A stretch of DNA of 60,019 nucleotides, filler included, from Squatina squatina (lineage: Eukaryota): NCBI GenBank assembly GCA_031763465.1. It is 3 parts of 3 records of this genome, joined end to end, with 100 filler letters (N's around TTAATTAATTAA, not from the genome) between each part and the next. Parts side by side here need not be neighbours in the genome. Positions count along the whole stretch, not along the records: positions 1 to 13,777 come from JARFOE010000013.1; positions 13,878 to 37,910 come from JARFOE010000080.1; 1 more part is not named here. One strand, written 5' to 3'. The notes below the pieces were generated by a model. It saw only the letters and a program-made list of their open reading frames with translations. It had not been told where the DNA came from and did not search any database. Positions 13,660 through 26,875 of this stretch are shown in pieces. A program made the position numbers and the translations under genes. Numbering within the stretch: the first letter of the stretch is position 1; each line of letters begins with the position of its first letter.

Positions 13660-13777
13660 TAAACTAGTGAGAAACATAAAAATGGACTGTAAAAGCTTCT
13701 ATAGGTATGTAGAAAGGAAAAGTCTAGCAAAGGCAAAAGTGGGTCCCTTACAGACAGAGAAGGGAGAATTTACAATG
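13660..13777 (+). mobile_element. CR1 LINE ORF2 fragment
   Basis: RNIKMDCKSFYRYVERKSLAKAKVGPLQTEKGEFTM is a typical CR1 ORF2 segment. Confidence 0.75.
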
Positions 13778-13821
13778 NNNNNNNNNNNNNNNNNNNNNNN
13801 NNNNNNNNNNNNNNNNNNNNN

Positions 13822-13833
13822 TTAATTAATTAA
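13822..13833. other. Artificial six-frame-stop linker joining scaffolds
   Basis: TTAATTAATTAA centred in an N run; an identical copy lies at 37955. Confidence 0.95.
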
Positions 13834-13894
13834 NNNNNNNNNNNNNNNNNNNNNNNNNNNNNNNNNNNNNNNNNNNNGTATAATCTCCTTGCAG

Positions 13895-14046
13895 ATGAAG
13901 GTGTCCAACATCCTTTTGGAATGATGAATATTGCACAAACTCAATCTGTTGCCCAAATTGGGATCTCTGTGGAACCTATGGAACTATTGACGCAGCAAAC
14001 TCCAGTAGCAAGTGCAGCTGTATCAACAGTTGATTCATTTACACAG
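13895..14046 (+). CDS. HIKESHI: Hikeshi (Hsp70 nuclear import carrier), internal exon
   Basis: CCTTGCAG|152 nt|GTACGT; encodes [50 protein letters not shown]; syntenic with CCDC81 and ME3. Confidence 0.95.
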
Positions 14047-14831
14047 GTACGTACAATAACTAATGTACTCAGACCACATGGATATATTAGGCTGAAAAAA
14101 ATTGCTTCTGAATGTGAATTTTAAACATCATCCCATAGTTAGTGTGCGAATGCATCATTTTGAAAATATCAGATTAGAATTTGTCCTGCCTGGAATATCG
14201 AAAATGGTTTTGGTTGCTGGTTATTTTGATATGTAACTTGTATCCTATGATGCTGACTCTATTATAATTTAAAGGGATTGCTGGAGTACATAGTATAGAT
14301 AAAGTTACAAACCACAACATTACGTTGACACTTCATATTTGCAAGCCGTAGCCTCACATTTGTCATTTCCTAAGTATTAACATATTTTATCTTAACCTAT
14401 TGCCTACTGGAAGGGCAGTACATTGATGATGTGAGAAAACTGCTTATAGTAGAGTTGATGTCAGTTACAATATAGAGCTATTCAGAGGGATGAACAGATT
14501 TATTTTGCACCTTTTAGGCTATTGTTAACATTCATTGAAGTGGAGACCTGTGAAGTACTTAAGATATATCCATTAAGGCCTCCACAGCTATTAACTCAAT
14601 GGGTACTGTTTAAATTTCTCTAACTGTACAAATGCAGAAAGTGGGTAGGAGACAATATGACATAGTAAAGGATTTAGAAGGGAGCTGTACATACTCAGTG
14701 ATGCAGCTAGAGTAAAATGTAGTCAAAACTGTTATCAGCCCTGGGGCTGTCGCAAAATATTGTTGTTTTCAGTTTCGGTGTACTTTATATTGGTGTGCAG
14801 CGATCCCTTGTGGTCAGATCATAGATTGCTT

Positions 14832-15375
14832 GGGCCCTCGATTCGGCTGTGGTGAAACTGGCCGCAGCATTCGGGGCCCCACAGCCGAAAGTGCGGCGCG
14901 TCACCAGTGACGTGGTCTTGGTGACTTAGTCATCGTTCTGGTTCAGCGTAACGCGGCAATGCTAAATCAGCGTTGCCCCGGCAGTGACCCGGCCAATGCC
15001 AGGGGAACATTTTTTCTGGGACGATCGGCTGCCACACATCAGCTGACAATATAATCGGCTGATGTTTAAAGACGGCGGCTGCCGGCACTGAACACGTGCC
15101 TTTAATGGCCCTTGGCAATAACGGGAAACCTCGTGAGGGAGGCTGCTTCCAATCTGGGGGCGGTTGCAATTGGGCGCTGAGGGGTCGGCGCATGATGTAA
15201 TGACTTTGCGCGTCCGGCGCCGGCACCGGCACCAACTGCGTCCCCGGCGGTGAGGCCTGAGGCATCATTTAATAAATTTTTGCCTCAACGCTGATTTCAC
15301 GCCTGGGTAGCCCTGCTATTCGGCACTACCTGGCCATGACATCGCACCACTGGGGGCTCCCTCGTTTCTGACCCA
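14832..15375. mobile_element. CpG-rich insertion, probable Harbinger-derived MITE, in HIKESHI intron
   Basis: Abrupt GC/CpG-rich block in an AT-rich intron; starts GGGCCC and ends GACCC; TIR match is poor. Confidence 0.45.
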
Positions 15376-15650
15376 TCAAGGTCTTTGCATTTNNNNNNNN
15401 NNNNNNNNNNNNNNNNNNNNNNNNNNNNNNNNNNNNNNNNNNNNNNNNNNNNNNNNNNNNNNNNNNNNNNNNNNNNNNNNNNNNNNNNNNNNAGTATTAG
15501 GCTGTCACATAGTGTTCACCTTGATTGCCTATATCCTGGCAAAATTGATGATCAAAGGTCATAGAATATCAAAGAAATCAACTGATGCAGTTGTTTGTTC
15601 CCTAATCTTTGTACAAATTTAATCAAGTTTTATCATTTATTTTTCTGTAG

Positions 15651-15907
15651 GTGACATACCTATTGTTGAACTAAATTTTACATTTCTGGCTCTGGAGAGC
15701 CCTTATGATCGGGATACAGTTGAAGGATGTGTCAAAGAAACTCTGCAGATCATGTCTCGTTATATCGCCTGTAACCGTAATGTGCATTTCACGTTCAAAG
15801 ATATTGGTGTGCTAACAATACGAAATAACAAGGTCAAAATGAAGTTTTATACAGAATTTCTTAATGCTATGGATGGTAGTGGAAGTTTAGTGAAAGCCCT
15901 TTCAAAT
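15651..15907 (+). CDS. CCDC81: Coiled-coil domain-containing protein 81, exon in the HU-like domain
   Basis: TTTTCTGTAG|257 nt|GTAAGT; DIPIVELNFTFLALESPYDRDTVEGCVKETL...FTFKDIGVLTIRNNKVKMKFYTEFLNAMDGSGSLVKALSN. Confidence 0.93.
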
Positions 15908-17118
15908 GTAAGTACAATAAATATTTTGGAAAAACGAAATATATTAAAGGGAAACTGTGATTGTTGATCCATTGTAGTTGCTCTGAAGTGAAGAATGAAA
16001 AACAAATGCAACCTACTACAGCAAGATATTTTTAAAACTGGCATGTTGATCAGCTTGATGTTAATCAATTGACTTATTGTATTTACATAATGCAAAGTGT
16101 GAGACAAAATTAATAGTTTTGTGAAAGAGTACTGGGGATGCATGGGGATTTTTCATTTTCCTTATTTTGTGCTTATCAAGGTAAAAGATGTCAGTCCTGG
16201 GGAAAGGGACACCTTTTGGCAGTCTGTGTCAACATCAAGTGTTCTGTTGTCAGGCGTAGTATAAGTTCGACCCAGAGTAAATTCTGTTTACACTAGCCCA
16301 ACAATGCACCTAACTAAACCTCAGATGAGTTTTTTATGATGCTGTATGATTTTTTTTTAATATCGAGTACCCTTCTGTTTCATTGTTTTTTTTCATTTTA
16401 TTTTTTCTCTCTCCATGGCTGCAACATTCCATTGGTCCTGCAGCTGTAGGTGATACCATGAAAGTCTATGTTATGTGACTGATTAAGTAACTTTATGTGA
16501 CAATCAATCACCTGATGTTCATCTGTTTATTTGAATCATCACTGGAATTCCTAACATTCATCATTGGTAAAGGTTTTTGTTTTAACTTGCTTATTATTTC
16601 AACTGCTTCCTCTGCAGCCCTGATGTCTATCCAATCCCCCCAAAATTATTAATTGAATTGTAGCCCCACAGCATGTAGGCCTGGTGGGCTGCTGCATTGT
16701 GGCCTGATGGCCTTGCCACAACATTTTGTGGATTGGACCCCTTGTACTTCAGCAGAACAACTCACCCACAACCCACAGTGTAGCAATTTGTGCTTCCCTC
16801 ACCTTTACAGTTGAATGGACCCCCTGCTCTAGAAGAGCAGCACTGTGGTGCAAGAGGCCTTCCCATCCATGCCCCTCGCACTGAGCAGCATTTTGTAGAT
16901 TATGACTGGATGCTCTGCAACTTTCCCAATGTTCCCACCCCCACTCAGCATGTTTCCTGGCTGCCCCCTCCTGTCTCACTCTATACCCTATCTTCCTCTT
17001 CCAAACCCCTACCCATTCNNNNNNNNNNNNNNNNNNNNNNNNNNNNNNNNNNNNNNNNNNNNNNNNNNNNNNNNNNNNNNNNNNNNNNNNNNNNNNNNNN
17101 NNNNNNNNNNNNNNNNNN

Positions 17119-17790
17119 ACCCGGCACCAAGGTCATGTTCTACAGGGCAGCATTAATACCCGTCATCCTGTATGCATCGGAGACTTGGTCAATGTACAAC
17201 AGGCACCTCAAAGCACTGGAGAAATACTATCAACACTGTATCCGCAAAATCCTGCAAATCCACTGGCAGGATAGGCGTACCAACGTCAGTGTCCTCGCTC
17301 AGGGCAACATTCCTAGCCTCGAGGCACTGTTCATGCTCAACCTGCTGGGTTGGGCGGGCCACATCGTCCACAGGCCTGACTCAAGACTCCCGAAACAAGC
17401 ACTCTACTCCAAGCTTCGTCATGGCAAGTGACTTCCAGGAGGGCAGAGGAAGCACTTCAAGGACATCCTCAAAGCCTTCCTCAAAAAACATAATATCCCC
17501 ACAGACTCACGGGAATCTCTGGCCCAAGACCATCCAAACTGGAGGAGAAGCATCACGAAGGTGCCAACCACTTCGAGCTCCTCTGGCAGGAGTACATGGA
17601 GGCCAAGCGCAGGCAGCGGAAGGAGCATGAGGAAACCTGAGTATCCCATCCACTCGCCCCATCAAATACCACCTGCCCTGCCTGTGGTAGAGTTTGCGGA
17701 TCCCGTATAGGAAAATTTAGTCACCTCAGAACCCACAACTCAGGAGTGGAAGCAAGTCATCCTCAACCCCGAGGGACTGCCTAAGAAGAA
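17119..17790 (+). mobile_element. RTE-clade LINE 3' fragment
   Basis: TKVMFYRAALIPVILYASETW...LGWAGHIVHRPDSRLPKQALYSKL; C-terminal C-x2-C/H motif; tail GGGACTGCCTAAGAAGAA. Confidence 0.9.
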
Positions 17791-18029
17791 AATAAATTGG
17801 CTAGGCAAAGAAAAATTTGAAAATAGTCATCAATGAAAATAGATCAAGCTAGCCATGAATGATTTGTTAAGACCAGTAGGAATGGCCCCGTATTATTCAC
17901 AAAGTTTACTGATGACCTGAGCCAAGATGTTGCAAGGTACTGTGAATTTGCTGATCATGTCAAATTGTACAGAAAAGCAAAGTGCACTGGAGAGAGAAAT
18001 ATCACTCAAAGGGATTTAGAAAGACTCAA

Positions 18030-18620
18030 AGCATGATTTCAACTCAGGGTGTGAATCGGGCGAGCAGGAGTTGGGTTGGAGGGGGGCGGGGAGGTGCGGA
18101 GGGTGGGCAGAATGAGTGGAAAGTTCCTATGATGGAGGCAGCGTGAGGCCGCATGATTTTAACGATTTTGTGATTAATGGGCGACTAAACCTATCGCATC
18201 GCAAGAGAGGCAGTCTGTCCACTTTAAGTGCACAAGTTTCAGTTTGCCGACCAAAGTCTATTTAAAGTGGAATTGCACCGCTTAAAGCGAGCTTGATTAA
18301 TATTTTTGAAGGTAACACTGTGGTCATAATTATCTTAGCGGTGAGTCGGAGGGTTTCCCCAGGTTTTCAGATGCCTCCCTGGAGTTTCTTATGGAGGAGG
18401 TTCAGGCAAGCAGCCAGTACCATTTACCAGCACCCGCAAGAGCATCCTCAAGACCACAATGAAACTGGTCTGGACAGAGGTGTACAAAATGCACCAGGCT
18501 AAAAAAATACAGGCAGAAGGAATTTAGGTAACACACAACCTGTTACACGATTTTCTGATACTCATACCCATTCTGCGCCTGTGCAACTAGTGCAGCTGGG
18601 TGCAAAATCTTCGTCAATAT
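18030..18620 (+). mobile_element. Internally deleted Harbinger element with Myb remnant
   Basis: GC-rich end, then RFSDASLEFLMEEVQAS and MKLVWTEV remnants at 18345-18485. Confidence 0.55.
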
Positions 18621-18920
18621 TACAGGCTCCAAATGATAGCTGATATAAAATGAAACTTATTAGGCATAGTTCCTTTCTTAGATACATTATTGTGCTTTTC
18701 ACATTGTCTTTAGCAAGCTGTGGCAGTAATTGTAAGGACTAGAACATTAAAACATTATGAAATAAATACATTAGGGTTGAAGCAGAAATGTGTATTGTTA
18801 AACGTAAAATAATCTTCCAAACTGTGCACTAAGAATATCAAGTGTGTATTTGCAAGCTACTGGAATGTGCCTTCAACAGGAGAGTGAACTGAACTTATTT
18901 TCTGCTGTATGATGTTATAG

Positions 18921-19067
18921 GAGCTGTGCTACCTTTGCATGCAACGAGCTCTGAAGAATTTCCCTGTTGATCTTTCGGAGAACAGGAGAAGAAAAGAAGA
19001 GGAGGACGAACAAATACTGCAGCAGTACCAACAAATGAAAGACCAGGAGGTCGCCTTCCACCAGCAG
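18921..19067 (+). CDS. CCDC81: CCDC81 exon
   Basis: GTTATAG|147 nt|GTATAT; ELCYLCMQRALKNFPVDLSENRRRKEEEDEQILQQYQQMKDQEVAFHQQ. Confidence 0.9.
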
Positions 19068-19574
19068 GTATATAACAAATTATGAACAAAGGATTAAGTG
19101 CAGAATTTTATTNNNNNNNNNNTGACAAGGGCTTTCCATAAACTAAGGTTATATTATGTGGAATAGTGCATGGGTGTACTGCATGGTCCATGTATTTATG
19201 ATAAAAGTCAGTCCCTTTCCTTTTGTCTAGTTACAAATACTATCCCACTGTCAAAAGTGTAATTAGTAGAACAGAAAATTAAAGGTCAAAAATCCAGCTG
19301 TAAAATGAACAGAGCACAATGGGTGAACAGTTTAGAAGAAATAGCCAGGTTATTTCTTACATTCATTTCTTTTTGGCATAGAGCCTGAGAAGGTCTCAGA
19401 TACAATACAGATGTAAGCTGTATTTAGATTTTATTTATATGTGACTTAACTGGTGCTGTCATGCAGTACAGTATGATAAACATAGGGTTGTAATGCTTGG
19501 GTGCAGAATAAATATAATAATTCCAGAGTTTCCACTGTGCTGAAGAATGTGAAAATTGTACTCTCAACACCATC

Positions 19575-19762
19575 CTGATTTGGACATATATCACTGTTCC
19601 TTCATTGTCACTGGGTCAAAGTCCGGAAACTCCCTACCTAACACAATTGTGGACTGCAGCAGCTCAAGAAGCTGACCTACCACCATCTGCTCAAGGGCAC
19701 CTAGGGATGGGCAATAAATGTCAACCTTGCCAGTGATGCCCACCTGCCGAAGAATGATTGAG
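19575..19762 (+). mobile_element. LINE (CR1/L2 group) 3' end
   Basis: GGAAACTCCCTACCTAAC...CAAGGGCACCTAGGGATGGGCAATAAATG...GCCAGTGATGCCCAC tail, recalled as common in shark genomes. Confidence 0.6.
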
Positions 19763-20364
19763 AAAAATGTTTCTGATGGACTTAGGCAGGTTAGTGATGG
19801 CTGAGACTGAGAATGTTAAGATAGTCATTGAGATGTTGGATGTTTTTTCACCTATACCTATTGAAACTTGACCATAAAGCCTTAGTTCACATAGAAGTTT
19901 CAACTTCAGCAGGTGTGTAAAACTTCAAGGGAAAGGAAGATCGGACACGGTGTATAATAGGCAACTCAGCCGATACTGGCAGTTTTACGCCCTTTATGTT
20001 GGTGAAAGTTTCACCCTTTTTAATAAAGAATGCCAAAGAATTACCTTAGTTTATGAATATCTTTAAAAGTCCCTAATTAATAACACTCAAATTCTCAAGT
20101 GTTACACAATGTTTTTCTTTCACCAGAAAGTGTAACATTAAATTACACTGCATTATTTAGTGGTGTTCAAGAGAAGACTAGAAAAGACAGTATTAAGCAG
20201 CACTCAAGAGTTTCTTCATCTTACTCAGTATTCATCCCGCATGCCTATTCTTGTGTTCTTATTATAAATGGTTTTCCTTCTCTTCACCTGGGTGCTAGTC
20301 AGGCACAGAGCACCCAAAGTATGTGTCGCTGGACCTGACTCTCTGGATTTGCGGATTCTGGTTA

Positions 20365-20533
20365 TGTGCATGGTTCTGATATGGCCGTGCCCCAAGACTG
20401 CCCGCAATGGCGAAGAGCCATCCGTGAAGGCACCAACCGTTTCGAGTCTCTCTGGTGGAAGCACGTTGAGGACAAACGTCGGCAGAGGAAGGAGCGCGCA
20501 GCAACACGCTCATCCCTGCCACTCGTCTCATCA
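20365..20533 (+). mobile_element. RTE LINE 3' fragment
   Basis: QDCPQWRRAIREGTNRFESLWWKHVEDKRRQRKER, homologous to 17520-17630. Confidence 0.8.
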
Positions 20534-20785
20534 NNNNNNNNNNNNNNNNNNNNNNNNNNNNNNNNNNNNNNNNNNNNNNNNNNNNNNNNNNNNNNNNNNN
20601 NNNNNNNNNNNNNNNNNNNNNNNNNNNNNNNNNTTTATGATGGCTTAAATATACATGGGTGTAAGTAAAAAGTTTTTTTTAAACTTTGTTTACTGAAATA
20701 ACAATGTGTGCTACAAATGTTCTCCAGTGCCATTTTTAGCCTTCTTGTTCTTAATTATAGTTAATGTGTTTCTGTTGTTTAATAG

Positions 20786-20893
20786 TGTGAAATGTTGGCT
20801 AACAGAGAATACAACCAAAAGATTTCAGCATTCAATGCAGGAGTCGCTGAAGCCAAAAAGAGACGGAAGAATTCAAAATGCAAAGAACTTTAT
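20786..20893 (+). CDS. CCDC81: CCDC81 exon
   Basis: TTGTTTAATAG|108 nt|GTAAGA; CEMLANREYNQKISAFNAGVAEAKKRRKNSKCKELY; in frame with the preceding exon. Confidence 0.88.
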
Positions 20894-21746
20894 GTAAGAC
20901 ATAAATAGCATGCTAGGAATTAATTTTTGGAATTGTTTTCTTCAAGTATGTTTGACCGTTGATCTAAAAGTCCTGAGCCTTAAATATTTAAAAGACAAAA
21001 TCCAACTACCTTGATGGCAGAAATGATGCAATCTACAGTTTACATGTTTAAAATTATTGTGATTCATGAAAGTAGAAATTCTGGTGGCACAATGGCACTG
21101 TAGGGAGTGTGGGAAATTCTGCCCACCACTTTGGCCCTGCCATGACTTGTCCCAAATTCTGGGGCTGGGGTCATTACCATAATAGGTGAATACCTGCCTC
21201 AGTAGCGGCACATCAGGGTTACCAACCCAGTGGGTTAAACAAAATCTTGGAAAAGAATCCTCTCCAAGAGGGGGGAGTCACGGGCTTATCAGGCCAAAGA
21301 AATAGAGTGGTGCCAGACTTTTAGGAGATGCTCCCATGCTGTGAAACCCCAAGTCAAATGGCAATCAATCCCTCTAGGATAGATTTAAGTTTAATTATTT
21401 TTCTGGGTGAGGCCCACTTGCGACTGAGAACAGTACCTATGCTTTCTTTCTGCAGACGTTGCTACCACTGGGCCTTATGGTGGTATATCTGGTGGAATTC
21501 CCATGGAGCCCAGGAACACCCCAGAACTACACAGAAGGAACTGAAACCTGGTTGAGCCAGAATCTAACCCAACCTTCGGTTTCTTTGATGATCATAGCCT
21601 GAATTTTGCCCCATTTTTAGTAGTGGGGGAAGACCTGCGCCCATGCCCAGGTCACTGCTAAATTTGTTGGGGCTTCTTTTTAGGCAACCCTGGAAGCCAA
21701 TTGAATTGAGCTCAGGCATCAATTCAATGTGGAAATAAAAGTTGGG

Positions 21747-21887
21747 ACAACAACAACAACTTGTATTTATATAACGCCTTTAATGTAGTAAAATGTCCCA
21801 AGGTGCTTCACAGGAGTACTATGAGATAAAAATTTCACACCGAGCCACATAAGGAGAAATTAAGGCAGGTGACCAAAAGCCTGGTCA
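21747..21887 (-). mobile_element. L2-type LINE 3' end with (TTG)n tail
   Basis: ACAACAACAACAACTTGTATTTATATAACGCC...; reverse-orientation homolog at 59909-60010. Confidence 0.7.
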
Positions 21888-21986
21888 NNNNNNNNNNNNN
21901 NNNNNNNNNNNNNNNNNNNNNNNNNNNNNNNNNNNNNNNNNNNNNNNNNNNNNNNNNNNNNNNNNNNNNNNNNNNNNNNNNNNNNN

Positions 21987-23000
21987 NGAGAGCGAGAGAN
22001 NNNNNNNNNNNNNNNNNNNNNNNNNNNNNNNNNNNNNNNNNNNNNNNNNNNNNNNNNNNNNNNNNNNNNNNNNNNNNNNNNNNNNNNNNNNNNNNNNNNN
22101 NNNNNNNNNNNNNNNNNNNNNNNNNNNGAGATAAAGATAGAGNNNNNNNNNNNNNNNNNNNNNNNNNNNNNNNNNNNNNNNNNNNNNNNNNNNNNNNNNN
22201 NNNNNNNNNNNNNNNNNNNNNNNNNNNNNNNNNNNNNNNNNNNNNNNNNNNNNNNNNNNNNNNNNNNNNNNNNNNNNNNNNNNNNNNNNNNNNNNNNNNN
22301 NNNNNNNNNNNNNNNNNNNNNNNNNNNNNNNNNNNNNNNNNNNNNNNNNNNNNNNNNNNNNNNNNNNNNNNNNNNNNNNNNNNNNNNNNNNNNNNNNNNN
22401 NNNNNNNNNNNNNNNNNNNNNNNNNNNNNNNTAGAGATAGAGAGATAGATAGAGATAGAGAGAGATCGAGAGAGGAGTAGAGATAGAGAGATAGATAGAG
22501 ATAGAGATAGAGTGATAGATAGTGAGAGAGAGAAGTAGATCAAGAGAGACAGAGAGGGATAGAGAGATAAAGGGAGAGACAGAGAGAGAGAGATCAAAAG
22601 AGATAGAGAGTGAGATAGAGAGAGATAAAGAGGTAGGAGAGACAGAGAGAGATGGCTAGCGAGAGAGAGAGATAGATAGAGAGAGATAAAGATAGAGAGA
22701 AAGAGATAGATAGGGAGACAGAAAGAGATAGATACAGAGAGAGAGATAGAGTGATAGAGAGATAGCTAGAGACAGAAAGAGATAGAGAGAGATCACGAGA
22801 GATAGAGATAGAGTGATAGAGAGAGAGAGAGATAGAGTGGTCGAGAGAAATAGAGAGATCGAGAGAGTAGAGATAGATAGAGAGAGAGATATAGAGAGAG
22901 AGTAGATCAAGAGAGATAGAGAGTAGATCAAGAGAGATAGAGAGATAGATAGAGAGAGGTAGAGACAGAGATAGAGGTAGATCAAGAGAGAGAGGAAGAT

Positions 23001-23034
<34 letters not shown>

Positions 23035-23185
23035 GGATAGAGAGAGATAGATAAAGAGATAGATAGAGAGATAGAGAGGTAAAGAGAGATAGAGATAGAT
23101 CACAAGTGATAGAGAGAGCTATGAGATATATGTATAGATAGATAGAGAGAGATAGAGATAGGTAAAGAGATGGTGAGAGATAGAA
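21987..23185. repeat. Degenerate (AG)n/(AGAT)n purine-rich microsatellite
   Basis: More than 700 bp of A/G-rich simple repeat, partly gapped. Confidence 0.95.
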
Positions 23186-24108
23186 ATCCTGACAAGAGTA
23201 TGAAAGAAATGTTGAATAGCAATCCTGATTCCTACCTGGGATTTGTGAGATTGTGTTCTGAAATCCCGGATCACAATTGGCATCTACTTTGCAAACCTTA
23301 GTCAAATTAGTTGGTGCGATCCACTTATGTTGTCAGTCTGCTACAGCCATGGCTAATAGAGTTGATTTGAGAATGGGAATTGGAGTGCAATTGGAGAATA
23401 AGAAACGGAAAAGATTTCTACTAAGGTTCAAAAATATCTTTCCAACTTCTGAAAAATATATTTCTTATACTTCACTGGCCCACTTGGATCAGCTCCAGTG
23501 CACCAGGAGGATCAGCTCTAGCTGTAACATTGCTGCATGGTTAACCCGCAAGAGATGCTACCGGCATGTCTTAGATGATTCTACAGGATAGATTCTGGCC
23601 CCCCCCCCGCCCCGGAGTGGTGTTTGGGCAGCTGGCCAACAGAGCATGCTGCATGCTCTACCTAGTACTATCCTAAAATTGCAACCAGAGTTGACCCCAA
23701 TTTACATATTAAAAGGGACTCCGGTGACAGTCTCTCAGACTGCCCAGCGATAGGGCTTGGGGAAGATAGGGAGTGGTGCAGTAAGTCATTCCTACCCTTT
23801 TTTGGGGAGCTACCTATCCTGTTTCACCTACACTTGAGGCCTCAAAATCTTCCCTTAAATTTCTACTTACAATATGTATTTTCCTAATAGGCAATCAATA
23901 TAGAGGGATTAAAAATTATTTGTCAACTTCTTGTATATCAATGGATTGGTAAAATTAGCAGGACGTAATTGTACAAAATGTTAAAATATTTTTTTTAAAA
24001 GTGATTGAGTGGAGGGATGGTTGACTTGAGGGTCTTCTGCATTTTAAGAACCTAGTAATTATTTATTAAGCCAAAGCCAATGCTAACTGTTTTTAATTTA
24101 CTTTACAG

Positions 24109-24238
24109 GGCTGGAGGCCTTTTTCTACTTGATCAATGTAATAAATACCGACGTTGCTTTCAGTGTAAACGACGTTTATCAAACTGTGGGGAGCCAAATA
24201 TTTGGAGCAATTCATTCTTCACAACTGTACCATTGTAA
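24109..24238 (+). CDS. CCDC81: CCDC81 terminal coding exon
   Basis: TTTACTTTACAG| then AGGLFLLDQCNKYRRCFQCKRRLSNCGEPNIWSNSFFTTVPL*; matches the LLDQCxKYRRCxQC C-terminus. Confidence 0.9.
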
Positions 24239-25807
24239 TGAATTATCCTACTCCTAATAACTATGGACAGTCAAATCCCATCAAAAATATTGGAAATTCC
24301 TACATTTTTTTAGCAATTGAATTAATAATGTAAACTGATTCAGCACATTTCCCTTTGTTTACAGTTGAGCTATTGTCTGCAAGGGAGTATATGTTGCACT
24401 GTTAATCACTTTTTGTCTCATCAAGTAGCTTTTCCACCATTTTATAATAAATCCAAATTGCAACACAGGCACTTCTGCAATCATTTGTACCCTTGGAGCA
24501 CATTGAGGCAAACCAGACCTAAAAAGATTCTACTTTTGGATCTTCAGGTATGAAGTCAGGATTTGGATCTCTTCAACTTTTTATAGGGCAGCTTCTATCT
24601 TCTGGAAGCATCCAATCTATGCAAAAAAGACTTAGAACTGCACATATTTCAACCACTGAAATCTGAATGGATGCTATTTGGGCTCATTAGCATTCAAATG
24701 AATCTACTTGCTAATTTTGACAAATCCAATCTCTATATCGAAATAATAAATTCTCCAAATTTAGGAGTTTTACTTGGACTCAAAGTTGGCTATGATCCAG
24801 CTTGGACTTTGGGCAGAAACCTTGAACCGGTTTGGCTCAGTCATTAAATAGGTGGGTGTGGGTGCATGCATCCGATACCCAATTTCCTGTACACTAAAAA
24901 CATGACCAGCACTTGGCATTCCATAACTTTCCTAGTCTTTTTTGCTCTNNNNNNNNNNNNNNNNNNNNNNNNNNNNNNNNNNNNNNNNNNNNNNNNNNNN
25001 NNNNNNNNNNNNNNNNNNNNNNNNNNNNNNNNNNNNNNNNNNNNNNNNCTGAACCTAATGCTAGGGTTGAAGTTCGCCATGATGATGTTAAGTTAGTATT
25101 GCACACTGACTGACGTCACCATGCTGCCATTTTTCTTTGCGGGGCAATACTTCATAACAGCAGCACTACCAGGCCTTCAAAAATGGAGGGCGCCGCGGGA
25201 CCCACGACCAACTGGCAAAAGAGCAGTGGCCGCCCTCTTTGTGCCATTTTTTCCTGGTAATGGGTGGCGTTAAGCCCCTGAACTTTTATCCCTTTAAGAC
25301 CCTAAATATTAGATATGCAGATACTTCATCTCTATGCTTACCTCAGAATTCTCGGGTTTTACGGTTCCACTCCTTTTGAGTTGGGTGTTAGGAACCGTCT
25401 TCCTCCTCTCCACCAAACTCATACTAGCAAAAAATTCTTAGGTTCCACTCCGGTTCACCCAGCCCTGTGCCCACACAAATGCAATTTGTTAAGTCTTCGT
25501 ACATGAAATTGTAGGTAACTTTAAAAAAATCCCCTGCTTTCTCGTGTTTTCAATCTTGTACTTGTGTTGTTCTCCAGTCTCTAAATGTTACCACACTTCC
25601 TCATTCTCCACTTGGTGGAGCTGAAGGATTCTGAATTGAAGTCAGGGAAAAGAAATGGCTGCAGGAATCAATCCCTCTGAATTGTATGTATATATAGCAG
25701 GCCAGCAAAATTTCACTCACCATTTTGCTCGAGGTGAGTTAGTTTCCACCTCTGATGAGCTAAAAGTAAAGGCCGCAGCTACACTGCATTACTGGTCTGA
25801 GACAAGT

Positions 25808-25871
25808 ACATAGAACATAGAACATAGAAAATACAGCACATAACAGGCCCTTCGGCCCACGATGTTGTGCC
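25808..25871 (-). mobile_element. CR1 LINE 3' tail
   Basis: (ACATAGA)3 followed by ACAGGCCCTTCGGCCCAC, at a gap edge. Confidence 0.7.
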
Positions 25872-26875
25872 NNNNNNNNNNNNNNNNNNNNNNNNNNNNN
25901 NNNNNNNNNNNNNNNNNNNNNNNNNNNNNNNNNNNNNNNNNNNNNNNNNNNNNNNNNNNNNNNNNNNNNNNCCGATGTAGTTAGAAGCTGAGACGTACAC
26001 TCTGAATAGTCCAGACCAATTGAAACCATGGCCACCAAGCACATGGCTTTGTTCCACTTCAGCTCCCATTGCAGGGTTGTCAAACTGGCTGTGTAGTTAG
26101 CGTGACTTCAGCACATCTCGGTGTTTGCTCAGCCACCACCTGGCAGATTGTAATGCTCAATACAAATGTGACTTGCTGGTTCAAGATTAAAGGCAGCTTC
26201 AAGACTTCAGCTCCTAACCAAAACCTCCTCCAAGAGCCTAGAGACACATCTGTGAGGCACAACTCAAGGAAACATTTATTAGCTGCGACACACTCATTTT
26301 GTGCTGATGCACGATCATTTATTGGCACCACTGCAGCTTCTGTCTAGTGTTTGTGACCTCCATTTCTCATTCCAATCAGGTTTCATTAAAATGCACGTTA
26401 TATATTAAATCAATAATGAAGGAAAACATTTCTAAAGCACCACTGCCAAATTACTTAATTGCTGGCATTGCTCTGAGCACCTGGCACTTCCCAACTAAAA
26501 AAACATTTCGACTCAAATTGCTTTCTTTTCCTTAATAAATAATGACCAGCAATCCAGGCATCCTGCCGTCATGATTCAGTGTCACGCTGCCTAGCCTTCG
26601 AGTGAACCCTCTTTATAACCACAGGGTCTCTCTGCTCTACCTCACACTGAAGTTACATTTCATTTTCCGTACCTTATCAAGGACAAGCACATAAAGGGAG
26701 ACAGATGACTAACCCGTTCCACAGAGCTGTTTACTTTCAGCCTCTCGGACACAAAGGAAGCAGAGATTTTTTTTTAAAGCAATCAGTTCTGAAGGCAGTA
26801 TGTTTGGACATGCGATTAGGGTTACCACACGTTGATAACAAATATTCTAGTCAATGACTTAATTGGCACAAATGA

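Noticed and set aside
20127-20230. Extra CCDC81 exon after TTTTCTTTCACCAG
   Set aside because: No clear donor or homology; the flanking exons join in frame without it.
21860-23305. Long Ser/Leu- or Arg/Glu-rich ORFs
   Set aside because: They are translations of microsatellite and N runs.
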